A DNA stretch of 60,774 nt, filler included, from Sphacelaria rigidula (GCA_964200075.2; 8 parts of 8 records of this genome joined end to end with filler, not necessarily neighbours in it), one strand, 5' to 3'; positions 26,779 through 40,677 are shown, counted from the first letter of the whole stretch. The notes: generated from the letters alone by a model not told the origin. Numbers and translations are program-made.

Positions 26779-27051
26779 GAGCAATGCTACGGTAGGGGTT
26801 GCACTTTTTGTTTCTGAGTCTCTTTTTTGTAGGAGCCCATATATATGGGGCTTACTGTGCCACCTAAATCTCCGGGGACCCGACTCACAGAAACATGGTG
26901 TTTGCACGCATGAGCCTTTTCGTGCATCGGCATCATTTTCAGACCTTTTCAAGTAAAAATGATGCCGATTCTCAAAATGGTCCGTCCAACACCCCGAGCA
27001 ACCCCGAGAAAAATTTCTCTAAAAAGTGCAACCCCTATCGTAGCATTGCTC
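26779..27051. mobile_element. Sola-like MITE (GAG termini, 4-bp TSD), subfamily 1; also 40297-40550 and 57617-57895
   Basis: TIR gagcaatgctacggtaggggttgcac. TSD is CAAG here and ATAC at the 40297 copy. Confidence 0.85.
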
Positions 27052-28035
27052 CAAGGTGCCTCCGGCGATACCTCACTCGAGATTCGATAGTTCAGAACTA
27101 AAACTTGATGGCAGGTGCGCATCGACCGGTAGAAGCCATCACTACTGACGGAGTATCCTGGGGGGGAAAATTGCCCTTGACTCCAAAATGTTTGTACTAC
27201 ATATTTCAATATATCAGTAGCGATGACCTTCGAATGGTCCCTGCTCAAATGTTCAGGTCTCAACCCTGAAACAGCGAGCGAGAAACCCACAATATGTACG
27301 TTCCCAAGGGCTTGCAAGTGCTATAAATTGGTGTAGACATTCCCCCAAAGATTTGTTTCAGCATAACTTTCAAACGACCAGTTAGGTGTCGAAAGAGGTA
27401 ATCGCTTTGATATCGTACCCCAACTATCAGGATGATCCACTAAGAACGAAGTCATGTTGATTTTTCTATCAGTTCATCCCTTAACTGCCACCATTGGGCC
27501 GTATCGGATATGACAGGATAGCCCGAAATGATCAAGAGGGCCGAAATAACAATCAGACCGCGCGGCGCACTCCTGGGCACTTGTACGGCATCAAGGACCC
27601 TAATTGTTGTGCTATATGTTGCTGCTGCTCATGCTGTTTGCCCCGGAGACACTTTTTGGTCCCAGGTAGGGGGACCAACTTGCATCGTTCCTAGAGATGA
27701 AGGGGATATTTTTTGTAAGTTTAGTCTATTGGATCTGCCCTCCCCCCCCCGCGCGCGCGCCCCTTTCCCACAAACAGCGGTAGTGACGACCTTCGGCTGG
27801 TAAATTCGCTCCAAACCTTGAATTTCAGGTGCTGACTCTCAAATCTCGAGCGAACAATCACAGGAGACGCTTTTCGTCTCTTTCGGTGGGACTACTGTAG
27901 TCTAGCGTGTACCTCGGAGTGTTCATAATGGCCACCAATACGCAGCCCTCCCTGCCCAATCCGTTCCTCCAAATCTCATGGCTCTCATGGCTCTCATGGC
28001 TTGTCCCGTTGCAACTGCTTGTACTGCTTGTCAAG

Positions 28036-28332
28036 AATATTGCCGCTGCAACTGGAGTACCGTATCGAGACATGATATTCTTCGACGATGACCCCTCCAA
28101 CGTCAACGTGGTGTCAAGGCTCGGCGTATGCTCTGTTCTTGTCAAGAAAGAATCGGGACTCACGTTTGAGATAACCCACTTGGGGTTGAAGAAGTACGGA
28201 GCTGTCTGCAAGTCCCGGTCGAGCTTGAGAGCGTGGTTGCAGCCCCCCAAAAGCAACGGAACACCGACGACGAGGAGTGAACCAAATTCGGAAAATCAGG
28301 TCGACGCGGCTAGGAAAACAAATTCAGGGTGA
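28036..28332 (+). CDS. MDP1: Magnesium-dependent phosphatase 1, last exon
   Basis: NIAAATGVPYRDMIFFDDDPSNVNVVSRLGVCSVLV... to TGA. Contains HAD motif IV (MIFFDD) typical of MDP-1. Confidence 0.88.
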   Translation, partial: NIAAATGVPYRDMIFFDDDPSNVNVVSRLGVCSVLVKKESGLTFEITHLGLKKYGAVCKSRSSLRAWLQPPKSNGTPTTRSEPNSENQVDAARKTNSG

Positions 28333-30459
28333 AGAGTGCTGGAAGTGCTGCAGTAGCGCTACAGTCATTTTCACGTAGTGAGGCAGTCGATTTTACTTTC
28401 TCCTCCGAACGCACCGGGGGACCATCGATGTATTACATTGAAAAACGAGTAGCGCGCAGTTTTCATATCAATTCAAGAATATTCGAAGTATTCCATTCGG
28501 CTTGAAGTCCTTGACCATCGGTTGACTTCACGATAGTCATTTGGGGATGTGTAACGTGCAACCGTATATCACATCACTTTCAAAATTGTATTCTTTCCAC
28601 GAGCAGCACTGAAGAAGGTATCTTCGCACGAGTGCGCCAGAGGTGCACAGCCGATGGGAAAACGTCATCCAGATTCAGACATCACTAGCAAACCTGTTTT
28701 TATTTTTGTCGGCTCACTTTCGTGAACAAAGATGTGATCCCGCACTGACACTCTCGAGGAAGATCGCATGTCTTCGCAGCAGGGACGCACGCAGGACACA
28801 GGACACAAGACACATCCACCAGGTACCACCGAGCCTGGCGCAGTGTTGCCCCACCCGCTGCTATGGCCGCGAGCCCCGCTATAACAACCGTGCAACATTC
28901 TGAGCGAGCGTCATGCACCGAATGATTCGTTTTTTTGTAAATAGAAGATGAGACGTGACCTCTTCGCCAACACTCTGGTCGCGCCCACCGGCTGGCTGCA
29001 CTCAGGTGTAGTACAGTGTGTCCACTACTACACCCTGCCATTGCTAGTCGGCGATAGCTGGGCGAGTAGCCACCTCTGACCCCAGCAACGCAACCTCTGC
29101 TTCGCCTATGTCCGATTTGCCTCAAACCCTAATCGACACTGTCTGTCAGGAGGTCAGCAACAGCCGGGCGAGTGACGTTCAAACCTAGCATTACCCCCCG
29201 CTATCCTCGAGGTAGCGTCAACTCCGATCTGCCATCCCAAACCACACATGCTACGAGGTGGGCGATAACGCGCGAGTGATGTCCAAACCAAACACTACAC
29301 GCAGTGTGCTTGTAGGCGACATCGTCTCTGAAAAATCACGAACCCCCATCGCGAGACCGGCAACAGCCTGACGAGCGAACTTCGCGCTCAACACTGCCCT
29401 TCTGTGTTCAATGCAACACCGACGTTGATTCGCAAACGCAAACATTCGCTCCCGGCGCGACGTCGGGGACAGGCGGGCGAGCGACCTTCAAACCAATAAC
29501 GTTCGCACCCTCTGCTTAATTTCCTTGAAATTCTTTCGCCGAACACGGGATGCTTCTCAACCCTTTTGACGTACAAGTTAAGCTCTCACATAATGACAAT
29601 GTTTGAACCGGGTAAAGCTTTTGAATGACCATCGATGAGCCGGACGGCGGAAGTGAAAAAAACAAAAAAACATGCCCATATATTTGAACCGGGAACACAC
29701 GCCCGTGCGTAGATAGATACATGGGCCATATGTCAACTGCGCGACATGCAAAATATATCTTGAGCTGGAACACAAACTCCCCGAACTCACCCAAACACAC
29801 GATAGTTCGGCAAACTGGCCCTTCTTCCCGAAGCGGTACTTACTGCACCAACAGAAGAAGGATTTCGACTTCGCGACCAGATTCGGCGAACCTTCCCCGG
29901 CCGGTACGAAAATACACACAATCGGCTCTCCCGTCAAACTCACACGCGAGCATATTTAAACCGCACGGCAAGAAGAGTGAAACCTTTCATTCCTATCCTA
30001 TAATACTTGTAGCATGTTTGGTTGTGAAAAGTACACATGAGTGCAAGATACAGGCAGCTTTATTTGCACTGGGCTGGGGCCGTTGCTTATGGCGAACAAA
30101 AAGAGTCTTGTGATAATAAATGCTCTTTTTATTTTTCTTCGTCGATTTACACCCTAGAGGAGAGCTACTATTATAGACGGAGTTTGACACCTTGGAATGA
30201 CTTACTCTACTCGTTGAGACGGTTCCAGGACGTTCGTCTTTTTCGGTGGTTGCAGTTTTTATTTCGGCTAAAAACAGCCAATCATCTATATTGAGGATGG
30301 TGCTTTTGATTGAGGATGAGAACCCGGAGGATTAAAATNNNNNNNNNNNNNNNNNNNNNNNNNNNNNNNNNNNNNNNNNNNNTTAATTAATTAANNNNNN
30401 NNNNNNNNNNNNNNNNNNNNNNNNNNNNNNNNNNNNNNGTGTAAAAGCGGTGGCTGTCT

Positions 30460-30846
30460 CATGAAGGGTGAGCTGCATCCTGCTAAGATTGTTCGGCCCG
30501 AAGCCTACTATCTTGCATTTGGATGACAGTCAACAATGAGTTGCTTTATTCTGTGGTATCGGCACTTCCAGAGACAGCCACGGCTTGCACACTGCCTCGT
30601 GGGCGTCTCACCATTTAAACACTACGTAGTACGATCATCGCGATTGTGCGGAGTTGAGGTTCTCCCACGCCGCACAACATAATTTGGCTCGACTACCATC
30701 ATGTTTACCGCAAAAAAAAAGTCAAGCGCGCTAAAACCCCCGGTAACCTGGTTGCCTAGCTGACGTGGTGAGTGGCGTGTTTTATAGCATCATCGCCAAC
30801 CGACGCCCATCGGGAGTCCGCCCTTTCAAAGCAGGGACGGAGCACG
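30460..30846 (-). mobile_element. Fragment of the C-tailed retroposon family
   Basis: Colinear with 43098-43498. Confidence 0.85.
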
Positions 30847-32079
30847 TTAGAACCCTGCCGATGGCAAACATCTGGAGCTTAGTGTGCAGTCTCAGAAACA
30901 TTTGGGACTAAAACGTGCACCCCTACCGTAGGAACACTCATTGATCAACCCACACACGGCCAATCGGCTCCTCCTTAAAATTCTACTATGCGTTCCCCCC
31001 CCCCTAGGGCGCAAAATTGCCCTCCGGAGAATAAAAACTCTCGTAGGTCATGATGCCTCTGGAATGGACAGTAAACGAATCCACCAGGGGACACATGATC
31101 CCCTTGAGTACGTGATTTTACTGAGGGCGTCTCTTGGTAAATACGAGAAAAAAATCATTTCCAGTGTGTAAATTCACCTCTGGAGGTCGCACTACATCAA
31201 GCCTCCGGAGGGCACTTGTGTCCCAACGGCCTCCAGGACATCTTCGACAGCGAAAACTGGGGTCCAACGCTAAAACGGGTTCAAGAGACAGAACTAAATT
31301 ACAGGTCAAGTGCGAAACAGTTACACCAAGGGAAAAATCTTCCTCCCAAAACAATCTGCAGCGGTTAAGCAGCTGAGGCTAGGTGCATCGAACGAATGCG
31401 GTGTACAAGCGTGTCGACGACGATACCACCGGGGGAGTAACGACAGAGAGAAAGCTCCTGGCCCGTGTCCTTCGTGTGTCCTCGCTCGGCGATTCCTAAT
31501 TGCTCGAGAGGTTGACATCATGCATATTACCAGCATGTACCCAATTTCCCATGTGCCGGTAGGCAGGTTATTGCTGCCCAGCCCCCAAAATAACGTCGAG
31601 GTGCCGAGGGGTGTCGTCTCTTCTTGTATGTGGAGCTGACCAATGCAAATATCGATTCCTCTCTGCCTCTCTTGTCGAACAGGACGCACCTCTGTGCGCT
31701 GCAGAACACGTTGTCGAAAAGCAGGGCGATGTTTCCGTCACCGCTATTATTCTCCCAAACAAAAGGCAGCAAGGACGGTTGCAGTAGGATCCAATCGCAA
31801 CTTGGGGGGTGATGTCATCATCGTTGCTTTTACCCGACAGCTGCACCTGTGCGTGCACGACAAGGGCAAGAGCGTGCCACACCCCAGTTGGGGGTGGTTG
31901 AGAGACCAAACACTTGTAGAGACCTTTTTGTCATGCGGAATAAAAAAAGAGACCTCTGGTGGTAACCTAACCGTTGCTGGCGCGACGCATGGGGGTGCCT
32001 CCACGCATGCTGTAATCTGGAGCACCCGCTGCGTGTGTGTGAGTATCTTTCGAGAATTCCCGTGTGAGGAGGTCATTCA

Positions 32080-32990
32080 TTACAAGCTGGGGCGAGATAT
32101 ATTTCACGATGAACAAGAGTGCTCTATGACCAGCTACTTGCCGTTGCATTTGAGGCCCACGCTATCAACCATCGACCGCAAAGGTCTTGCCTAAGAATGA
32201 GTTCCAAGCAACGTTGGCCGTAGTAGTACGTCAGACAAACCCGGTCGTAGCTAGCTTTTGTTGCTCTACTGTATACTGTACTGACTGTACAATCAATGCA
32301 ACAACGAAATCGATATTGGTTGTAAAATTGAACAGCTCCTTTTTTTTCAACTCATTCCACACAATCAAAACGATTCTCAAGAGCTGCGGGGATGGCGACT
32401 TCCCCGCTCCCCGCCAGGTATTAAGGAACCGACGACATAGTTTTTGCCGGCTCATGCCACATTGACGTGGAGACAGAGAGTTTTCGCCGAATGAAACTCC
32501 GCGTTTACCCACACCTGCAAACCATTTCATCTGCACAGTCTCCTATTTAGAACGTACAGTACAGTACGCCTATCCATTTCAGTGCGTTTCTATACTGATT
32601 GCTTTATGCCAATCCCAGAATAGTTTGATATAACTGTTCGACAGTATCTTTGCACGTCTGACCGAACCCAAAACGGGCACTTTCCGCAGCTCTTGAGAAT
32701 CGTTTTGATTGTGTGGAATGAGTTGAAAAAAAGGAACTGTCTAATTTTACAACCATTGTCGATTTCGGTGTTGCAGTGATTGTACAGTCAGAACAGTACA
32801 GTAGAGCAACAAAAGCTAGCTATGACCGGGTTTGTCTGACGTACTACTGCCGCCAACGTTGCTTGAAACTCATTCTTCGGCAAGACCTTTGCGATCGGCA
32901 GTTGATAGCGTGGACCTCAAACGCAACGGCAAGTAGTTGATCATATAGCACTCTTGTTCATCGTGAAATATATCCCGCCCCAGCTTGTAA
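32080..32990. mobile_element. Foldback / MULE-like non-autonomous element with ~310-bp inverted arms
   Basis: 32080-32389 is the reverse complement of 32684-32990 (high identity by eye). The right arm abuts the Gypsy LTR. Confidence 0.85.
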
Positions 32991-32991
32991 C

Positions 32992-33243
32992 TGTGGCGAA
33001 ATCACGCCGTCACGGTTGAGTATATAGTGGATCCTGGATGATGACCAGGGGACAAGGGCATCCTGTGGATGATGACCCTTGCAGTGTAGCCCATGCCAGA
33101 TGGTGCAGGGCTGCAGGTGTTTCACTCCGAATAATGATAAGGTGTTGTAAAGGCAGACAACTGAGACCTTGAGGCCAGTGGAGCTGGGGAGTCCCCCAAC
33201 AGCATTTAGACGCTGCAGTACTAGCAAACCTGCTAGCGTCACA
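32992..33243 (+). mobile_element. 5' LTR of the Ty3/Gypsy element (~252 bp)
   Basis: Starts TGTGGCG and ends CGTCACA (inverted TG...CA ends), about 300 bp upstream of gag. The 3' LTR is beyond the scaffold end, so the boundaries are unconfirmed. Confidence 0.6.
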
Positions 33244-33545
33244 ATATCGATATTAGTGCTAGTGCTAGGGCGTGCTAGTAGATGCTATCGTTCGAGACTG
33301 CTAAGTGCTTTAGCAGGGAGAGTCTGGAAAATTTTTGATTAGCTTCGGGGCACAGGGCTTCACGGACGCGTGAGGAGGCTTCAAGCTGAGGCAGCTGCAA
33401 AGGCGGCTGGCCCGTGATTGATCCAGACTGGAGACTTGCTGAAGCTGCGTACATCGGGTGTTTATACGACCCCAGTGTTGTATTGGAGCAGGTGTGATCT
33501 GAAGTTCGAGAAGGTTTTGAGAAATCTTCGATTTTCCGCTCAAGA

Positions 33546-36500
33546 ATGTCGATCACGGAGGTCCCGGTTGTAAAGCCAGCGGAAACAACCGTAACCCCAG
33601 TCGTTCTAAGGGAAGAGTTGCGGCCGCCCAGTTACGGGAGTTTGTATTCTGAGGGTGCCTCTAGATCGTTTTACACGAAATACATGGAATACAAAAGGAG
33701 GGTGGAGCATGTGAATGCAGGGGGTGCGGTGAGGCATCAAGTGGTTTCGATGGCGCAATTAGTGCCTACACCCTTACAACGCGTCTTCGCGAGGTGGCTC
33801 CATGAAAAGCATACCATAACGCCGCTACGGTTGGCCGCAGCGATAAAGAAGCATGCAGGGCATGCGGCAGGAGCGGAGGTAGAGCTTACTCAGGCGTCCG
33901 CGGCCGTGGCGAAGGCTGTCGCAATGAACCACAAGGGGAGGACCATGCGTGAGAGGGTGGAGCCCATAATGGGTAAGTTGGAGACGTATTTTTATGAAAA
34001 TCCCAACGTAGAGATGATTCATCGTTCGTCCGATGGGAAATTTCGCCCAGGGCCCGCTGCGGTGGTCACGAAAGCGACGGTGGAGGATCTGGCACCGGCG
34101 GAATTCAAGCATGCCGTGCTCGTACAGTTGCAGCACGAGACAAATTGGAAGTCGGACCTGTATTTAGTCATGAATACCGTGGTGGCTGAAGCTCAGGCAT
34201 GGCGGCGGGTCGAAGTATTCGGAAAATCATCCACTTCGTCGCCGCAGTCTTCGAGCTCGCGTAACCGCGGATCAAAATACGCAGGTAATGCCGCCTCCAA
34301 TATTATACTTGCTATCAGTGTGGCCAGGTAGGTCACATCGCACGGAAGTGCCCAACGCCTTCTGAGGGGGAGTCTGGGAAGACGAGTGCCGCGCGCCCTC
34401 GCAATCACAAAGGAGGGAAGGGTAATCGGGGTGGTGTTGAAGGCGGATCCTCCACCGGTGGAGGTGTACAGTCGAGTTCCCGACAGCAGCAGCAGCAGGG
34501 GCAGCGGCGTCAGCAGGGGTCCGGGGTTGGGTCAGGCTCAGTCGCAGGGGCTGCTGCTCCACAACGGGCAGTGCAGGTGGGACCGACCTTTCTAGTGTCG
34601 GGCTCGGTGCCGGCGCCGCCAGCAGCAGAGCAAGGCGAGACGCCGGCTGCGAAGCCGACCGGTTTTCAGCTGAAATTTGGATCCGCTGCTGCGTCGGCCG
34701 GGGTACCGCTGCAATTTGGTTCTGCGGGCGGGGCTTCGTACCCGCCGGCGGTGCCGGTGACCCCACGGGGGGCGTCTATGCCTGCGCCGCGCGCGCAGCC
34801 GTGGCGCCAAGTGGGGAATACGACCCATCAGTCGGCGGAGCAGGTGCCGGTTGAGGACCGAGACAATTATGTCCCTGTCGAGTTATATCTCCCCGATCAA
34901 CGGGCTCGGAGAGCTATATCAGTGAACACCGGCGCCCACTTCACGAGCGTGTCGGTGCTAGTTGTGGGGATGCTGGAGCGTCTACTCCCCGGTGAGCAAA
35001 TCCGAATTCCGTTCTCGCTTGGGGCGCGGCAGGCCATCACCGGATCGGGGCAACGTATAAATGTGACGGAGCGTACAAGTCCCCTACAGTTGGCGTTCCT
35101 GACCACTTGGGGGGCAGAAAAATTACTCCCAATATCGTTGGCGATCATGCCGGGGACGGATGGTGTCGTTCTGTTGGGTCTACCGACGCTTCGGGGACTC
35201 GGAGTCGATCTGTATGATCGGTTGTTGGAGTCCCTAAAAACGCAAATGCCGTCGCCCGTTTCGAGTGTCCAGAAGCCTTCTTTTTTTACCAGTCACAGAG
35301 TGAGCTTGTGGGTTGATGCTCTCCAGGAGGCGGGGGGGAAGGTGTCCGGGGAGCGTGATGAGGCGGTGGAACGCTTGGCAGAGCGTGGCCCCGATATGTT
35401 TATGGAGCCGGCGGAAGAAGAGTCCGCGCGAAAGGCTGCGCTTGAGGAAAGCGTGACGGATGCTGTGGCAAATGGCCTCACCGTCTCAAACGTGGAGCGC
35501 TTGCGTGGCATACTGTATCGCCACGTTAACGCGTTTCGTCGTGCGCTGAGGGGTGATCCTCCTGCGCGCGTGGAACCCATGAGGGTTACACTAAAGCCAG
35601 GGGCGATGGCGGTGAAGGTAAAACGGAGGAGGTATGATCCGGTAAAGTCCAGTTGGTTAGCTTCTTGCATGGGAGCTCTTGTGGCGTTTGGGTTGGTGTA
35701 AAGGAATTTACAGGCGATGTGGTCCAGTCCAGCGATGGCGGTGCCGAAGAAGGACTCTTTCCGTCTTGTCAGCGATTACGGAGCCGTCAATGATCAGGTG
35801 GAGAAGTCGCAGGGTGTCATGCCCAATCACGAATCCGACATGATAGACCTGTTGAGTGCGCGATGTTTCGGGGAGTTGGACCTCCTACAGGGGTACTGGC
35901 AGATCTCGTTGGCCGAAGAGGCGCAAGAGATATTCACAATCACGGCTCCGTTTGGCATGTTTACCCCGCAAAGAGTACCGCAAGGCGTGTTGAATGCTAC
36001 TTCCTATTTTCAAGGTCATGGAAGACCTTTTAGATGGCTTGAAATACAAGATTTGGGTGGATGATGTCTCTTTCTTCGCGGATACGGAAGACGAACTGTT
36101 GGATACACCTGATGCAATCTTGGCTTGCTTAGAGAGTGTTGGTCTGTTTGCAGCTGCCCACAAGTGTACCTTTTTTGCTAGTGAACCAGTGTGGTATGGG
36201 AAAGTATACTCACGCGGTCGCGTCTCGCATGACCCGGTCGGCTTGCAAGGTTTGTCTGACATGCGGCGTCCAGAAATAGCCGCAGAATGAATGCACTTTC
36301 TGCACGCAATGAACTGGTTGCGTACCTCGTTGCCACGTATGGCCGAAGTAGTGGCGCCCTTACGCGGTTTCCTAGAGGAACTCATGGTGGGGGCTGCAAG
36401 GCGCACGAAGCGGGTGGCAAAAAATCGTGTTATTCCACCCGCCTCGTGGACGGAGGACAGGCTGCAGGCATGGACGGCAGCGAAGGATCTGGTGGCTCAT

Positions 36501-37947
36501 GCCGTGACGCTGTTCCATCCCCGCCCCGGTTGCCAGGTGCTGATGTTTTCGGATGCATCCGAGTGTCATTGGGGTAGTTTTGTAACGCAGGTGCCTGGTG
36601 CAGAAATGCAACAACGGTTGCCGGTTGAAGACATGACGCATGAACCGCTGGCTTTTCTGAGTGGTAATTTCAAAGATTCACAGATGCGTTGAGCAGCCAT
36701 TGCCAAGGAAGGTTTTGCTATCGTGAGCACTTTTCGTCGTCTTGAGCATCTATTGTGGAATGGCGTACACATTTTCACGGATCACCGAAATCTAGCGTAC
36801 ATTTTCAACCCGGAGGCATGCGTGACGTCTGTGTCGAAGGCGTTGGCACAGCGGTTGGAGGAGTGGATAGAAGTATTAGGCCAGTATCGGTACACGATTT
36901 GTCATACTTCGGGTGAGCGTAACGCGCGGGGTGACTTGCTGTCGCGCTGGGTAAATATTCCCACTTTGCCTGCGCGCGCTGTGGCTGTGTATGGTCCGTG
37001 CGAACCTGATGACTCGATGTCGTCCCAATCTGTTGTCCGCCAAGCGCAACGAAAAGACCTTGGGGCCGAAGATGCGGATGTGCAATCTTTCGAGTCGGAC
37101 GTTGGTATTGCTATCTTGGACAATGAAGGTCTGTTTCGTGTGCATGTGCGTGGCCGAAACGTTTTGTGGATTCCGAGTTCTAACAAACAGTTGTAGGTAC
37201 GTCTGATGATTTGCGCGCACATGCACGACGCCGGGCATCGTGGTGTGGCTGCGACGCTCGTGCGCTTGCAAGAGTTTTGTGTCTGGCAGGGGATAGAAAC
37301 TAATGTCCGCGAATTTGTCCGCCAGTGTCCTCACTGTGCTGACTCGAGGGCGGGCGACGTTGTTCCCCGCCCGCTCGGTAAAAGGGTCCATGTGACCACG
37401 CCGAATGAAGTCCTTCATTTTGACTTCTTGCACGTGGGCGAGTGTGGCCCGCTAGCTTCCCAAGGTTTGTCGGAGGATGCTGGGTTCCGATACATTTTGG
37501 TAATCATGGATGATTTGAGCAATTTTGTGGCTCTGGAACCAGTAGCAGTGTGTACTGCTGAATCGACTGCTGCGTCTTCGCTAAATTGGTGCCAAACTTT
37601 GGGGGTGCCCCGTGTGTGAGTGAGTGATACCGCCAAGCATTATTTCAAGAATGCGATCTTGGCTAGGTTGCAAGAGGCTCTGCGAGTTGATCACCAGTTT
37701 GCGGTAGCGTATTCTCCGTGGTTTAATAATGGTACGTGCGAACGCGTGGTGGAGGAAGTAGTTCGTACTCTTCGCTCTATTCTCCTCGAGCAGCGTCGAG
37801 AGGCGACCGAGTGGGTGGACGTGTTGCCCGCTGTGCAATGGGCGCTAAATACAGCATATCGCCGTCGGTACGATAGTACGCCGTATCACGTGATGTTTGG
37901 CCGTGCCCCTCGGACGTCTTTCTCGGTGCTGGCGTCCTCGTCGGAGG
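33546..37947 (+). mobile_element. Decayed Ty3/Gypsy gag-pol (gag-PR-RT-RNase H-IN), truncated at scaffold end
   Basis: Zinc knuckle CYQCGQVGHIARKC (~34310, frameshifted from gag). Protease site degenerate (VNTGA). RT WSSP...LDLLQGYWQ...PQGVLNA...WVDD. RNase H SDAS, TDHRNL. Integrase H-H-C-C plus HFDF, SD, NGTCER. Several stops and frameshifts. Confidence 0.95.
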
Positions 37948-38577
37948 NNNNNNNNNNNNNNNNNNNNNNNNNNNNNNNNNNNNNNNNNNNNTTAATTAAT
38001 TAANNNNNNNNNNNNNNNNNNNNNNNNNNNNNNNNNNNNNNNNNNNNGGGGAAAGCACTGTTTTAGGCTTGAACCTCATCTCAAAGTTAAACCTCAATTC
38101 GCACAATTTGTTGTCCAATCAATCAATCAATCAACTTCAGTAATAAATTGCGAATGGGCCGTTCGAAATCTGGGTGGGTGAAAATTCGGAACAGCATTTT
38201 GTAGATCACTTACCGGCCCACGCGTGGTGTTTGTGTAATGAAATTTAGGGTGGGACTTCGCTAGGGCATTATGAACGAAAAAAATGGGTAATTTTTTTTT
38301 TCACTGCAACGGACCGAAGCGATAGGAGACTTTCGATAGAGCAGTGCGGGAGCATGGTCCAGGTTCTCGGTGAACAGAAATATGTAGTCGATCCGTACAA
38401 AGTGAATTGAGTGCCCCCGGGTGGGTTTTGTTCCCGAAACGCAAGCCACACTCTGAACTTGGGGTGCGCAACTCTCGGTCAAGTGATGGGATATACACAA
38501 AGGACGTATCCTCCACCTTCTTTTTCTTCGTCACAGCGCAGGCTCCAATAAATCCCACCTACTTCGGAGACCCTGTC

Positions 38578-39000
38578 GCCCCGGTGGCTCAGTTCGTTAC
38601 CGCGAAACCTCCTGACGGTTGGGTCGTGGGTTGGGATCTCGGAGTGATCCAGGGTTTTCCCCACACGATGCCCAACAATTGAGAGCGAGTACGTCGTGGG
38701 CACACAAAAGGACGAGGGAGAGGGATTGCTGAACCTTTCTCCCGATAAAAAATAAGGGCAAGCACCGCAGAAGGAAGGTGAACAAAACAAAAACTCCCGT
38801 GTGACCCCAGCTGGTGCGCCCACATGTAGCAAAAGGTGTAGATCGGCGTCCAGAATAGATGGGACAATATGCACAACACAATTCGAAGAATCACTTTCAC
38901 CTCGAATCTGCGAGCAGCGTGAGAGTGTTTTACCACGTGCATGGGGCTGTGGGTGTTGGGCTCCACCTCGTGGTGACGCATGGTGGTGGTAGCTGGTGTT
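38578..39000 (+). mobile_element. Probable tRNA-derived SINE (head 38578-38650; 3' limit approximate)
   Basis: gccccggtggctcagttcgtt (A-box-like) and ggttgggatctc (degenerate B-box) in a tRNA-sized head without an intact cloverleaf. Confidence 0.5.
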
Positions 39001-39828
39001 CACGTGTTGCTTGAGTGGGAAAAGTGCTGGGCCCGTACTCGATGGACAATAGTGTGGAAAATCTCCTCCTTCACCGTCATGGTATCCTATCCGCCCCCCA
39101 CCCCTTTATGAGCCTCAAGCTTTCAGCGTATTTGATGATGAGAGGTTTGCATGAATGGAACGTTTTCCGCCGGTTATTGGTCACATTGTGCACCATTTTT
39201 CGCATGGTTCCTGAGTGTGTTGGGTCGGGTCGCCAAGCCAAAAATCTTCACACACAAGACTGCCTGTGAGCTTTCATTTCAGACTCTGCTTACTGTAGTC
39301 ACCCACCGGATTCCGGACTTTCTTATCCCTCCTCTCTGAGAATTTTTTTCTTCCCGCCACGTTACTGGTGTGTGTGTGTGCGTGTGTGTGGCGGGATTCG
39401 AACTCAGAACTTTCTGCTCGTGAAGCATACGGCCATTTATCTCACCCGTGATGCCCATGTGAAATGGTGACGGGACCTCAACAGGCATTTCGAGATACTT
39501 CATTTTTCCCACTTGCTTTTGTGGTCTCGTCCACAGCCAACTTCGATGTGATTTATGCAAGAACGAGCAACAAATCATTTCCACATGTTTTTATGAAGCC
39601 ACGCGCATGCACACGCACGCACCCACAAATATACATGCACAAGAAACCAAGATTTTTTTTTATATATATATCGCGTGATAAACTCCTCAAATTACTTTCG
39701 GAAGAAACCATACGTCCGTCCCCAAGCATCTCTCGACCTTCAGATCATATTGCCAAGTCTGCGACACAAGCTCGACCGTCGTTAGGACTCGGTGCAGATA
39801 ACTGATATCTGGCTCTCTGAAAGGTAAA

Positions 39829-39928
39829 CTACTTCGCTTCCGTTCCTCGCGCCTTGTTCCAGCCCCATACCACAACGTCCGGGGGATAGGTGGACTTCAC
39901 GAACGCCTCATGAGAGTAGATCATGTCC
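39829..39928 (-). CDS. DHAR: Dehydroascorbate reductase-like GST, last exon
   Basis: CAG acceptor. (M)DMIYSHEAFVKSTYPPDVVVWGWNKARGTEAK-stop resembles the DHAR C-terminus. Confidence 0.85.
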
Positions 39929-40677
39929 CTGGGGGGGTGGGGGGGGAAAGGGGACAAAAATAAAAAGAGAAACGCGCACGAAGAACGCAAGTGTCGGGAA
40001 ATCAAACGAGATGCGCATGGGCCACGGCGGGACGGCGCGGGGAAGAGTGGTCAAGCTTGCACACACACAAAGGGCTGTTGCGGCACTGGCGCTATACCTT
40101 GGTTACACCTTTCCACATGAGTTCTTGTGTACGAAAGTTCCCCCCCAAAACCCTCGCAGTTTGGTGGAAATTGAACTTCACCTTCTTAGTTCGGTGGGCT
40201 ACTGCAAGTGCAACAACCTTCATGTGATACCTTCAGTAAATTGCATTCTGAGATATTCTGCCTCGGATGTGTTGGGTCACCGCTGTAGCCAAATACGAGC
40301 AATGTACGATAGGGGTTGCACTTTTTGTTTCTGGGTCTCTTTCATGCAGGAGCCAAAATATATGGGGCTCATTTTGCAATTCAAATATCGGAGGACCGGA
40401 CATGGAGATGTACACAGGTGCATTTTCGTGAATCGGCATGATTTTCCAGTCTTCTTCAAGTAAAAATGATGCCGATTCTCAAAATTACCTCTCCAACACC
40501 GCGAGAAACACTTTCGCTGAAACCGTGCAACCCCTATCGCAGCATCACTCATACAGCAACCATCCAGCTCCCGCAATAAAAAAAGAGAACTGCAACTAGG
40601 CGAAAACAACAACAAGAGTCGTCCTTGGTGATGAATGAAAAGGCGCGAGGTCAACACGAACGGAGGACAAGACTCAC

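Noticed and set aside
29500-29840. Small minus-strand exons (KYRFGKKGQFAELS / VEKHPVFGER)
   Set aside because: Only weak splice-site support and no homology recognised.
38578-38650. Functional tRNA gene (also B-box-like gagttcgaatccc on the minus strand near 39392-39404)
   Set aside because: No complete cloverleaf or acceptor stem; better explained as SINE heads.
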